Shown: in pieces, positions 9,945-21,341 of the stretch
How the letters are laid out: every line of letters starts with the position of its first letter
Position numbering within the stretch: the stretch's first letter is position 1
NCBI RefSeq assembly: GCF_006345805.1
Contig: NC_042998.1
Span: 38,006,001 to 38,070,000 of the forward strand
Length of the DNA: 64,000 nt
Origin: Octopus sinensis
Lineage: Eukaryota
Direction of reading: 5' to 3'
The notes under the pieces: model-generated
Database searches by the model: none
What the model was told of the DNA's origin: nothing
Seen by the model: only the letters and a program-made list of their open reading frames with translations
Program-made: the position numbers and the translations under genes

Positions 9945-10760
9945 TATGAAAACTAACACCTTAATTTTGCTGGGTATGACGGAAAGTGTCAGCTACCCAG
10001 AGCCGGCAGACGAAGGTGACCCTTGTTTTACTGGTCATGATTCAAAACCCCTGCGAAGAATTCTTGCAGTTCCAAGCAATATTGATTTTTCTAGGTGTTT
10101 TACCATCACATGTGCACCAGTCTTTTTCAGCCATGTCGGTAGTTGAGTGCTGATAATTCCAAGGCACCAATTACTATTCGTATCAAGTCTGCTCTCTTCA
10201 TTGACCACAACATTCGCATTTCCCACTTCAAATTGCCATAGCTGTTTATTTTTTCTTCTTTCTCGTTGATCCTGTTGTAACCGGGGCATGCTATGTCGAT
10301 TATCATATACAGCTGCGTGCGTGCGCACATACACGCGAGTACTGTATAAATCTCCGACCAATCACATACAGTTGGCTGGCATTCAATTGGCATATCAAGT
10401 TTCGGGCATTTTGATTGGGTTTTGGAGAGACAATTCACGAAAAAAGTCACTTCTATTGATTTTTAATGGCTTTGCGGGGTGACTGGGGAATTGTAAAGGT
10501 GTGCACAGCCACCCTTGGACGGTTTTCAATGACCATAGAAAGTGCAAGTCCTCTAACTGAAAAATTGTCGATTTGTATAAAGGACACACACACAGACAAA
10601 CATTTTGCCGTTTATATATAGAGATATCCTTTCTTTTTTTATTCAGCAGAACAATGTTCGGTTTCCGATGTCAGGTTGGATGATCGCATTGGATCATTGC
10701 ATTCCACAGGATTTTTCAGTTCTCATTTTTGGTGGAACGTTCTGGAGTTTACTCAATTAT
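9945..10760 (-). mobile_element. RLE non-LTR 3' fragment, family D, interrupted by a Helitron-like insert
   Basis: KILWNAMIQCDH...RKPNIVLLNKK (10630-10740), then MIIDIACPG...IVIGAL / LEKSILLGTARILRRGFES* (10035-10306). 3'UTR hairpin CTGGGTA-TGAC...GTCA-GC-TACCCAG at 9970-10000. Confidence 0.75.
10310..10624 (-). mobile_element. Non-autonomous Helitron-like element
   Basis: Minus strand A|TCTCTATATATAAAC ... GCGTG-loop-CACGC hairpin ...AGCTG|T (degenerate CTAG), no TSD. Removing it restores the family D reading K-E-R-I-Y-M-I-I-D. Confidence 0.55.
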
Positions 10761-10765
10761 TACTA

Positions 10766-10806
<41 letters not shown>

Positions 10807-10900
10807 TAGTTTTATTTTTATAGCATGCATTCACTTCACTACCGAGCGCATCTCTGTGTGCCTTGGGTATGTGCTGGGATTTGTTGTGATGCTCTGGTGG

Positions 10901-13900
10901 TTATTGTATGGAAAGTGTTCTGCGTAAGATGTGTGCAGTGCCTAGTAGTGCAATTTTCTGTATGTTATATGTGTTTGTAACTCTTGGTGTTTTTGTTATG
11001 TATTTGTCTGAATATTTTTTTATCATGCATAATGCACCTACTATGATAGGAATTGTTTCTGTCTTTAGATTCCACATTCGAGTTACCTCTATTTCCAGGT
11101 CTTTGTATTTTGAAAGTTTCTCCATTTCTTTTAGAGACACGTTGTCATCTGCCGGTATTGATACATCAATTAGAAAGCATTTTTTTCTTCATGATCTCTG
11201 ACAACTATATCTGGTCTGTTGGCCTTAATTTCTTTATCTGTGTGTATCGGCATATCCCAGAGTATGGTTGCTTTCTCGTTTTCTGTGACCTTTTCTGGTG
11301 TGTGCCTATACCATCTTTTTTCTGTTGTTATTCCATAAAGTTGGCATAGCTTCCAGTGTATGAAGGTCCCAACTCTGTCATGTCTGTGAATATATTCCTT
11401 CTTAGCCAGGACTGGGCAGCCAGAGATAATATGATTTATTGTTTCTTGTCCATCTCCACATATTCTGCAGTTACTTGTAATATTTCTTTTCATTACATGT
11501 TTTTGGTAATTTCTGGCGGGGAGGCTTTGGTCTTGTGCTGCAATTAAAAATCCCTCTGTCTCTGCTTTGAGTCCTGAGCTTCTCAACCATTGCTGGGATT
11601 TTTCTTTGTCTATTTCTTTTGCATTTAGTTTAGTCCAGTATTTACCATGAAGGGGCTTTTCTTGCCATCGTTTTATCATGGTTCTTTGCTGTTCTAGTTT
11701 TAGGTTAGATTTCATTTGTTTTATAGCTTTTGTTGTTTCTTCATCTTCTTCTTCTTCATATTTGTTAGGTGGTATGATTTATTGTTTGTATTTGTCAGCT
11801 TCCTTAAATACTGAGAACAGTTTTTTGTTTTGCTCGTGTTTTGCCGCTTTTTGTATCAGTTTTCCTTCCTTCTGAAGTAGATATTTTTGCAGTCCTATGG
11901 TGGTTATTTTATAGTAGTTTTCCAGCTGTATAAGTCCTCTACCACCTTCTATACGTTGTATATATAGTCTTTCTATGTCAGATTTTGGGTGATGCATCCC
12001 AGATCCTGTCATTATTTTTCTTGTTTCCCTATCTATTTTGGTCAGTTCATTTAGTGTCCAGTTAAGGATATTGTAGCTGTAACTTATAACTGGGACAGCT
12101 AAAGTGTTAATACCTATTATCTTGTTTTTAGCTTTGAGCTCTGATTTTAGTATTGATCTAACACGTCTATAATATTCTTTTTTTATTTTCTCTTTCATTT
12201 GTGTGTGTTGTGTCTTATCTAGTTCATGGATTCCTAAGTATTTGTAAGTTTGGCTTTGGTCTAATTCTTTTATTTCATTGGTTTTATCTAGTGTGATGTT
12301 GCTACTCTTAACTAGTTTTCCTCTTTTCATGGTTACTTTGGCGCATTTTTCTAATCCAAATTTCATATCTATTTCTTTGGTAAATCCATGAACTGTCTTT
12401 AATAGTGTTTCCAGCTGTTTGTCATTTGCAGCGTATAGTTTTAGGTCATCCATATATAAAAGGTGGCCGATCGTTTTGCCGTAACATTTATATCAGCATC
12501 CAGTTCTATTTAGCATATAGAGGTGACAGTGCCAAGCAGAAAAGGAGTGGAGAGAGCGTGTCTCCCTGGAATATTCCTCTTCTAATGGGGATGGCTTTGG
12601 TTTTCATGAGTCCCTCTTTTGTTTGGAGCTGTAGCACTGTTTGCCATTTATTCATAGAGTGTCCTATGTATTTTATAAATATTGGTGCTACTTTGTTAAT
12701 GGCTAGTGTTTCGAGGATCCATGTGTGGGGGATGCTATCAAACGCCTTTTTGTAGTCGATCCTGGCCATACTGAGGCCTTTCTTCTTTCTGTGGATGTCT
12801 TCAGTTATGGCTTTATTAATCATTAGTTGATCTTTACAGCCATATGAGCCTTTGCGGCATCCTTTCTGCTCTTCTAGAAACAGGTTGTTTTCGTCCAGGG
12901 GCTTGTTCAACCTTTGCGATATTACTGCAGTAAATGCCTTGTACATTGTAGGGAGACAGGTTATTGGTCTGTAGTTTTCTGGTTTTGCTGTCTCATTTGA
13001 TTTGGGAATTAAGATAGTTTTCCCCTTCGTGAGCCATTCAGGCATTTGCTCTGGCTCTGCCAGTATGTTGTTAAAATTTTCATCCAGCTTTTTGTGCATT
13101 AGATATTTCAACCAGAAGTTGGGGATGTTGTCATGCCCAGATGCCTTCTTTGCAGTGCCTGGGTGATCTCTTCAGTTGTTATGGGTGTCCAAAGTTGCTC
13201 AGATGCTGAGTTTGTTGTTTTAATAATCCTTTGTTTTGGTTGTTCGTTCGCCGACCATATTTCTCTCCAGAATTCTTCCACTTCTTCTGCCGTTGGTGCT
13301 GCAGTAATTTCTATTTTATTTTTGCCAAGTTGTTGGTAGAACTTTTTGGGGTTGGAGTTGAACTTTTTGTTTTGTTCAAAGAAACGTTGGCGTTTCTCGT
13401 ACCGACGGATCCTTTGTGCTTTGGCAAGGATATCTTGCTTTAGCTTTTCTTTTATCTCAGGTAAATCTTTTTCTGTGATGTTGTATTTGCGGAGTATTTT
13501 TGTTTTCTTTTTGTTGCTCAGTAGCGTTGATTGTCTACTGATTTCATTAAGAATCGACAGATCTTTTCTCATTTTTTGTATTTTGTTTTGGATGTTATTT
13601 ATCCACAGGGTTTGTTCGGGTGGTGGTACTCCTGTTTGGATGGGTTTGAGTGAGTATCCAGCTTCTTTTGTGGCTGCAGTGGCTGCTGCGTATACTAAAT
13701 CATTTAGCTTAGTGATATCACTTTTTCTTTCAGTGGCTATTAGTTCCGTGACGGCTAGGTTTATGCTATTTATAATTGGTGTTGTTGTTTTGTCTATTTT
13801 GATTTTTGGGAGGTATGCTCGGTGGTCCATATTGAGCTCTGTGGTTTTCAGTTCTTTGATTATTCTACTTTTTATAGTATCATAATCATTAGGCTCCTCT

Positions 13901-14461
13901 TCGTTGTTTCCAGGTTTTAGATTTGTGTCGCTTTCTTTCTCATTTGTATGTTTGTTTGTCGTGTTTTGGCTTGCTGTTTGTCGTGTATTATTATGCATCC
14001 TTACGGTCTGGGTTTGTTGTTTTTTGTTTACATCGTTTTTGTTGGAAATGTTACGTTTGTCTTCGTGTTTTGCTGTTTCAGTGTTTATATTATTGGGCAT
14101 TGTTGTGTGGCTTCTATCTACATTTTCCTGATGTATTTTTTCTTTTAAATGTTCTATTTCTATTTCTGATATTTTTTTTTTTTGCGTTGAGAACGTATCT
14201 TCGTACGTTAGCTAGTTTATTAGTGTTCATTGCTGTATCCAAGTCTATATTTATGTTATTTTCCTTCCATATTTTATATGTATGTGTTGTTGTGTTTTCA
14301 TTCTTTGGGTAGAGCACTGCTGTATAGTAAGCGTGTAGGATAGAAATGTATTCCTCACGTGTCCATTTATGTCTTTTGGGTTTTATTTGCGGAACATGAG
14401 GAACAACGTCCGGCCCTTTATTTTGATGGTCGTCATTTTCGTAGGGTACCGGTCCGTTCAT
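10901..14461 (-). pseudogene. Disrupted single-ORF protein of family A copy 2 (N-terminal Myb-like, RT, CCHC, RLE)
   Basis: ORF fragments 14114-14461, 13108-14100, 12506-13111, 11779-12453, 11170-11715 and 10901-11140 join after repairing a poly-A slip (~14175), deletions (~13146, ~13100, ~12515), a TGA plus 1-nt insertion (~12455-12495) and a 1-nt loss (~11182). The in-frame TAA at 11779-11781 is shared with copy 1. Confidence 0.9.
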
Positions 14462-14829
14462 TTCTGTTTTTCGTACATTTTAAGTTGTAAGTTTAAAGTA
14501 CGTACTTCCCGATTGTTATTCTTGGGTTGAATAATATCGGTGTTATTTAATTTCTTTGTAGTTTTTGTGTACATGGTGTTTGGGGTCGGAGATGATCTGG
14601 TGTTGATGGATCGTAATATCCACGCATGTTTACATGTGTTGTGTTTGAGGTGGAGATGATATCGAGTTAAAATACATCATTTCGTTTCGAAAACAGTAAT
14701 AAATTGCAATGAGTATTATTTCCTCGGATATAGTCCAATCCTTTGTCAGTTAATTTTTGCCTCCATACGATGTCTTTGTCTTCGATGTTTGTGGGTAGAT
14801 TTCGGAGCGCTGTTTTATCGTTCTCACAT

Positions 14830-14897
14830 CTTAAACGTCCCCGGTGTTCTTCTCTTAAACGTCCCCGGTGTTCTTTCTTAAACGTCCCCGGTGTTCT
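14830..14897. repeat. 21-bp unit x3 at the 5' end of family A copy 2
   Basis: CTTAAACGTCCCCGGTGTTCT at 14830, 14854 and 14877, followed by a (TTC)n run to ~14943. Confidence 0.95.
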
Positions 14898-14943
14898 TCT
14901 TCTTCTTCTTCTTCTTCTTCTTTCTTCTTTCTTCTTCTTCTTC

Positions 14944-15060
<117 letters not shown>

Positions 15061-15069
15061 GTTTTTTCC

Positions 15070-15528
15070 TTCTTTCTTCAAATTTTCCTCCGTTTCTCGC
15101 CGAGTGTTTTCCATACACCTAGGGCAGAGAAGGGCATTCTATGCATTCCCAGATTACACATGCAAATTCACAGATAAAATATGTATTTAAAAATTAATAA
15201 ATAAATAAATTCATGGATGGATGTTATTTTCACAGCGATAGTGCTCTTCTCAGTACATGAGCCGTTCCAGTTAATACGATCTTCTGCACTTCCTGTAAGG
15301 ATGATAAGCCTGGAATTACTTTCAAATAGGTTTCAGTACCTTTCTTTATCATTCCTAGAGATCCTACAATCACTGGTACTGTAGTCGCCTTGAGATGCCA
15401 CATTTTTTCACTTTCTATTAGCAGGTCTTTATATTTACTAATCTTGTCAAATTCTTTCGCCGCTATATTGTGATCACAGGGAATACTCATGTCAATTAAT
15501 AAACACATCCTTTTTTCTGATCTTTTAT
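15070..15528 (-). mobile_element. Family B RLE element 3' fragment
   Basis: ORF 15230-15508 MCLLIDMSIPCD...KYKDL...VIVGSLG...LTGTAHVLRRALSL*, 3'UTR hairpin at 15094-15131, (ATT)n flanks. Confidence 0.85.
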
Positions 15529-15560
15529 AATATGTTATTATTATTAATATTATTATTATT

Positions 15561-16118
15561 GAGTGAGAGAGCAGTACATGCCATCAAAGTGACACTGGGG
15601 TAAAATATACGAAGCCCAATATACCCATCATGACTACCCGTCTGATAAAGGTACACCAGGCACATGCATCACAACCATATGTGCGCGACATGGTGATCTC
15701 ATATCAAGATAAACAGCACATGACCTTGCAGGTGGGGCCCAGTTAGAATTTTCTTCAGGTTGAGTAGCCCATCCCGCTCAAAAGGTCCCTGAATAAGGGT
15801 TGTTTAAGGATGTTGAAAGAACCACCCATGTTTCCAGAGGTGAATTATTCAAACCCCAAAGAATCCCTCTCAACACATGGCTATGATGCTCCCCCACTAC
15901 TTCTGCTCGTGATCAGAGATGCACATATCGTCAGCCACTAAGGGACATGCTCAACTGGTTAAGGTCAAACAACTGACAAGCAAATCTGTGGTATTGAGCA
16001 GAATATTTGCTGTAGCCCATCTTTTATACCAAGACAAAACAATGTACATGATAACACTTCCAATCAGTTAAGATCAGAAGCCATGAGAGCCACTGCCTGG
16101 TACTGCATCAGGGCATTT
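15561..16118 (-). mobile_element. Non-coding ~560-bp element (family E) inserted in (AAT)n
   Basis: No ORF, (ATT)n on both sides. Its 3' ~200 nt is nearly identical to 4701-4900. Confidence 0.7.
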
Positions 16119-16134
16119 ATTATTATTATTATTA

Positions 16135-16216
<82 letters not shown>

Positions 16217-16232
16217 GCTCGGTATTGGAATT

Positions 16233-16633
16233 GGTATTTCGTCTGCATCTACCTTCTGAATTCGAATGCACAAAGGTCGTTAATCTATTTTACATTTCAT
16301 CCTTTCGAGATCAATGAAATATGTACCAGTTGAGTGTAAGGGTAGAGATAACCGACTTAAACCCCACCCCCACCGGCCCCGAAAGTCCTGAAATTTGAAG
16401 CCATTATTATTATTGTTGTTAAGGGGTGAGCTGACAGAATCGTTAGCACACCAGGGAAAATGCTTAGCCGCATTTCGTCAATCTTTACGATTTAAGTTCA
16501 AATTCCACCCAGGTCGACTTTGATTTTTATCCTTTCGCAGTCGATAAAATTAGTACCAGCTACGCACTGGGGTCGATGTAATCGATTTAATTACTTCCCC
16601 TAAATGTGACGCCTTGTGCTTCCTGTAGAAAGG
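16233..16633 (+). mobile_element. Two adjacent SINE family A copies (partial 16233-16402; full 16421-16633)
   Basis: Core and head motifs as in the other copies, more diverged. Confidence 0.7.
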
Positions 16634-16646
16634 ATTATTATTATCA

Positions 16647-16713
<67 letters not shown>

Positions 16714-16759
16714 CATCATCATCATCATCATCATCATATTATTATTATTATTTTTTTTT

Positions 16760-17601
16760 CTTCTTTCAAATTTGCTTCCATTTCTTGCCGAGTGTCTTCC
16801 CGACTCCTAGGGCAAAGAAACTCATAGTATACATTGGTAGGCCATTAAACCAAACTCAATAGTTCGTTCACTTTTTTTTTTTTTTTTAAGTTAAATTAAA
16901 ATACATGAGCAGCAACAGTTCTCACATCGACAATGCTCTTCTCAATACGTGTGATGTACCAGTTAAGACAATCTTTTGCACTTCTTGCAGGGATGGTAAG
17001 CCAGGGATCATTCTCATATAATTTTCGGTTCCCTTCTTGATCATTCCTAGTGCTCCTACGATCACTGGTATTGTAACCGCCTTGAGATGCCACATTTTCT
17101 CAATTTCAATGAGTAGGTCTTTATATTTTCTGAGCTTGTCAAACTCTTTCGCTGAGATATTATGATCACAGGGGATGCTCATGTCGATCAATAAGCAAAC
17201 TTTATTGTTTTGGTCTTTCACAACAATATCTGGTTTATTGGCCTTGATGGTTCGGTCTGTATGTACTGGAAAGTCCCACAGAATGGTTACATTTTCTCCT
17301 TCAGTTACAGCCTCAGGGTGGTGATTATACCACTTGTCGGCAGTTTTGATATTGTAATGCCGACTTATTAGCCAGTGTAGATATTGGCCAACTCTGTCAT
17401 GTCTTAATTTATACTCCACTGGTGCTAAGACCTTACATCCAGAGATTAGGTGGTCCACTGTTTCAATCATGTCGTTGCAGAATCGGCATTTTGGGTCTGC
17501 TCCATTTTTCATCACATTGGCCTGGTAGTTCCGGGTTAATAGGCTTTGATCTTGAGCAGCCAGGATGAAACCTTCGCTCTCTGCTTTTAGCCCTGAGCTC
17601 C

Positions 17602-17603
<2 letters not shown>
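16760..17603 (-). mobile_element. Family B RLE element, 5'-truncated (CCHC + RLE intact)
   Basis: Open frame ...SGLKAESEGFILAAQDQ...CRFCNDMIETVDHLISGC...RHD...NKPDIV...IDMSIP...KYKDL...LRRALSM* (16922-17515 and upstream). 3'UTR hairpin at 16781-16820, (ATT)n flanks. Confidence 0.9.
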
Positions 17604-17662
<59 letters not shown>

Positions 17663-17664
<2 letters not shown>

Positions 17665-18050
17665 TCTTTACTCTTTTACTTTTTTAAATCATTTGACTGC
17701 GGCCATGCTGGGGCACCTCGACCCCGGGACTTATTCTTTTGTAAGCCCAGTACTTATTCTATCGGTCTCTTTTGCCAAACCGCTAAGTAATGGGGACATA
17801 AACACACCAACATCGGTTGTCAAGCAATGTTAGGGGGACAAACACATACACACAAACACACACACGCATACATATATACATATATACGACGGGCTTCTTC
17901 CAGTTTCCGTCTACCAAATCCACTCACAAGTCTTTGGTCGGCCCGAGTCTATAGTAGAAGACACTTGCCCAAGATGGCACGCAGTGGGACTGAATCCGGA
18001 ACCATGTGGTTCGTAAACAAGCTACTTACCACACAGCCACTCCTGCGCCT
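17663..18050 (-). mobile_element. tRNA-derived SINE family B
   Basis: Minus-strand head AGGCGCAGGAGTGGCTGTGTGGTAAG, B-box-like GGATTCAGTCCC, central GGGCAAGTGTCTTCTACTATAG...GGATTTGGTAGACGGAAAC, internal (TA/CA) tract. Confidence 0.8.
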
Positions 18051-18057
18051 ATTATTA

Positions 18058-18100
<43 letters not shown>

Positions 18101-18160
18101 TTTTTTTTTTTTTTTTTTATTATTTTATTATTATTATTATTGTTATTATTATTATTATTA

Positions 18161-18194
<34 letters not shown>

Positions 18195-18208
18195 CATTAT
18201 TATTATCT

Positions 18209-18385
18209 AAGGCAGCGAGCTAGCACAATCGTGAGCACGCCGGGCAAAATGTTTAGCTACATTTCGTCCTTACGCTCTGAGTTCAAATTCCGCCGAAGTC
18301 GGAATTTCGTTCTTTCGGAATCGATGAAATCAAATAGCCCACTCCCTCAAAGTTTCTGGCTTTGTGCCTATATTAGAAAGGGTTA
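18209..18385 (+). mobile_element. SINE family A (internally deleted)
   Basis: Head plus GAGTTCAAATTCCGCCGA, shortened core. Confidence 0.7.
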
Positions 18386-18594
18386 TTATTAGTAGTAATA
18401 CCACCACCATCATATCGTTATTATCGACGTTCTTACTTATATTGGTCTCAAATTTTGGCCCAAAGCCAACAAGTTCTGGGCAGGGGTTGCTAGCGTTAAT
18501 TTCAATGCAAACTTAGACAGTATGAAAGCAGATTCTAATGAGAGCAAGAAAACAAAATCGTTTGGTCAAATTCATAATACAAACTGATGTAAAA

Positions 18595-18799
18595 ATTATG
18601 TTAGTTTCAAATTTTGGCACAAGGCCAGCATTTCTTGGGAGATGTATATCGCTTACATCGACCCCTTCTGCTACCTATTTTATCCACTACGAAAGGCTAA
18701 AACAACCTCGGCAGAATTTGAACTCAGGACGTAAAGACTAACGAAATGCATCGAAGCGTCTTTTTCGGCGTCCTAACGGTTCTGCCAGCTCGCTGCCTT
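18595..18799 (-). mobile_element. SINE family A
   Basis: Diverged reverse-complement head and core. Confidence 0.7.
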
Positions 18800-19755
18800 C
18801 TGTTTTTATTTTTATTAATAACTGTATGTGTTAGTAATGGTCATATACATATGTATTGAAACTCTGGAGTGAGTTGTTTTCTAAGTGAATCTGTTTGATA
18901 TTAATACATTCAGTGGATTATCAGTCTCTGAACATTTGCGTAACTGTCCTTTTCACCTTGGCAGGACACACGAACATTTTTTTATATTGAAATTTTGCTT
19001 GTCTGTACATAATTATGGTTTCTTCCTCTGGTGTACACTTCCACTGGAATTTTAAATTGCATTCGAGTATTCTGTAAACACGTACACAGACCAAAAATTA
19101 AAATTGTCAGAAAGAAATATTTTTTAAATCTTAACATATAAGCAAGCAAATTCTGTGACAGAGACGAGAAAATGTCAACATCCCAAACAACATTAACAAA
19201 AAATGAAGACGACCGAGGCAATAAACAATTATCTATCTTTGCTCACCAGACAGGAATTCAGAAAATGTTTCAAGTATGAGACAAAAGAAATTCCTGAGAA
19301 TAAATGTCACGAAATCGTCGACTTTCTTGTCTGAGGATTTAATTGGAGACAAACAAGAACAGCTTGACATAGATTTACATATCGGAAAGTGTAAGAATTT
19401 TCATTGGGCACTTAAGGTTTGGTCCATGTATAGCCCTAGGTTTCCAACGACAGCGAGGATACATATAGAAGAGAGAGGATGAAGCGAAGCTGAGATCTGA
19501 ATCGTTGTGCGAGACTCAGGTCACAGTGATAAACTGAAGCAGTGGAACAGGAAGTTCATTTCATTATTAAAGTCATTTAAAGGAATCTTTTATGGTCGGC
19601 ATCCTTTGACCAGGCGGTGTTTAATGAGGGCACCAAAACTTAGAAGCAGTTTCGTAAGTTTGGTGAACACGAAGTTCCAGATAAGTTCCAGTATTCTCAG
19701 AAGTATCCTAAGGACATATTCAATGAAGAATGCAAAAGGGAAAGTGATAAAGTAT

Positions 19756-20219
19756 GTTGTACGCATACGTTTGTTATGCTTGTTGAACGTGACCCATTTG
19801 CAGCTTTACTTTCGTAGTTCTTGGTGGTCCTTCACTGAATTTCTAATTCTCGTAGGGATAAACGTGTTTAGGAGATCTTAGTTTCTTGGTTCATAATAGT
19901 TTTCTTGTATATATTATACTCGCAATTGACATACAGTTTCAAATACAAGGCATGAAAGAAGACCCATGTGAGTGTGCTAATTCTCAAACAGTGTTTCGGT
20001 GTTTATCGCTATTGATGTTGATGGATTGAATAGTATTGCCAATATGTCGAAATGATAGTGCTGTCAGGTAGGCAGCTGATGTTGTACGCATACGTTTGTT
20101 ATGCTTGTTGAACGTGACCCATTTGTAGCTTTACTTTCGTAGTTCTTGGTGGTCCTTCACTGAACTTCTAATTCTCGTAGGGATAAACGTGTTTAGGAGA
20201 TCTTAGTTTCTTGGTTCAT
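19756..20219. repeat. Direct duplication of ~140 bp (19756-19895 and 20080-20219)
   Basis: TGTTGTACGCATACG...TTTCTTGGTTCATA occurs twice with about 2 substitutions, period 324 bp. Confidence 0.9.
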
Positions 20220-20306
20220 AAATTTTTCTTGTATTGACATACAGTTTCAAATACTGATGAGATAATTCATGTTTAGGGATTTCTAGTTTATGGAGATTTT
20301 ATTGCA

Positions 20307-20313
20307 GATAGAT

Positions 20314-20405
<92 letters not shown>

Positions 20406-20432
20406 TTCTTTACTACCCACAAGGGGCTAGAT

Positions 20433-20530
<98 letters not shown>
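20307..20530. repeat. (GATA)n microsatellite interrupted by a SINE tail-module fragment
   Basis: TTTCTTTACTACCCACAAGGGGCTA at ~20405-20430. Confidence 0.9.
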
Positions 20531-21270
20531 ACAGAGCGTCCTTTTTTCTGGCCGCTATTACACAATTCAAATAATCCTGGTTTCTTTTGGCGGTAGGTTT
20601 TGTTTGTATGGTTGCTATTTCTAGCGTTTTTGTTGGTTTCTGTGTAGCAATTACGTGTTTTGTCTTAATTACTCATCAGAATATGTTTGTTTCAATTATG
20701 TTATTATTTAATGTATCTTGAATTTTGGAATATTGAAATTACAGAATTTCTACTTATTGAAAATATGTTCTTTGATCGTGCAGTATCCAAAGAATAAACT
20801 TAAAATAGAAAGAAAGCCGTGATTTTAATTGATCCACGTTTCTCGTACATTTTATAACCACTGTATGAAATATCCACATTTCTATTCAAAATATGCGAGA
20901 GAGATGTTTACGGATATCTTTGATTTCGTTTCATTGTTTCAATTTCTCTCTCCATAGGAAATGTACACTTTCACGAAAATAACACCGTCACTTATTCTTA
21001 TAAACAACATCGCATATAGTAATGTGGTAGTGAGACAATTTGCTATAGAAAATTGAAACAATTATCGTTTTACATTTAATAATAGATTTGATATTTCTAA
21101 TATAGAAAATATGAATAATTTTCTTTCCAATTAAACTTGGCAAACATTTTACTATTTAAGCTCAACAATATCGTACTTGGCATTGGATTGAATCATTATA
21201 CCGAATAATATCGCTTGATTGTGTAATTGTTCTCTTTTTCGGTCTTCCATCTCTTCTCGCAAATGCTTAA

Positions 21271-21341
<71 letters not shown>

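Larger units (their letters stand above)
10803..14897 (-). mobile_element. R4/Dong-like RLE retrotransposon, family A copy 2 (apparently full length, ~4.1 kb, decayed)
   Basis: 5'UTR of about 435 nt, ORF start 14461, N-terminal Myb-like segment, RT, CCHC-RLE, and the same 3'UTR as copy 1. (ATT)n on both flanks. Confidence 0.95.

Noticed and set aside
14700-14897. HDV-like ribozyme at the 5' end of the full-length element (reported for some R2/R4 elements)
   Set aside because: I could not build P1-P4 pairing by eye. A descriptor search would be needed.
18982-19143. MLRFKKYFFLTILIFGLCTC..., a signal-peptide-like short ORF on the minus strand
   Set aside because: About 53 codons in AT-rich DNA, where hydrophobic runs arise by chance; no supporting motif or splice evidence.
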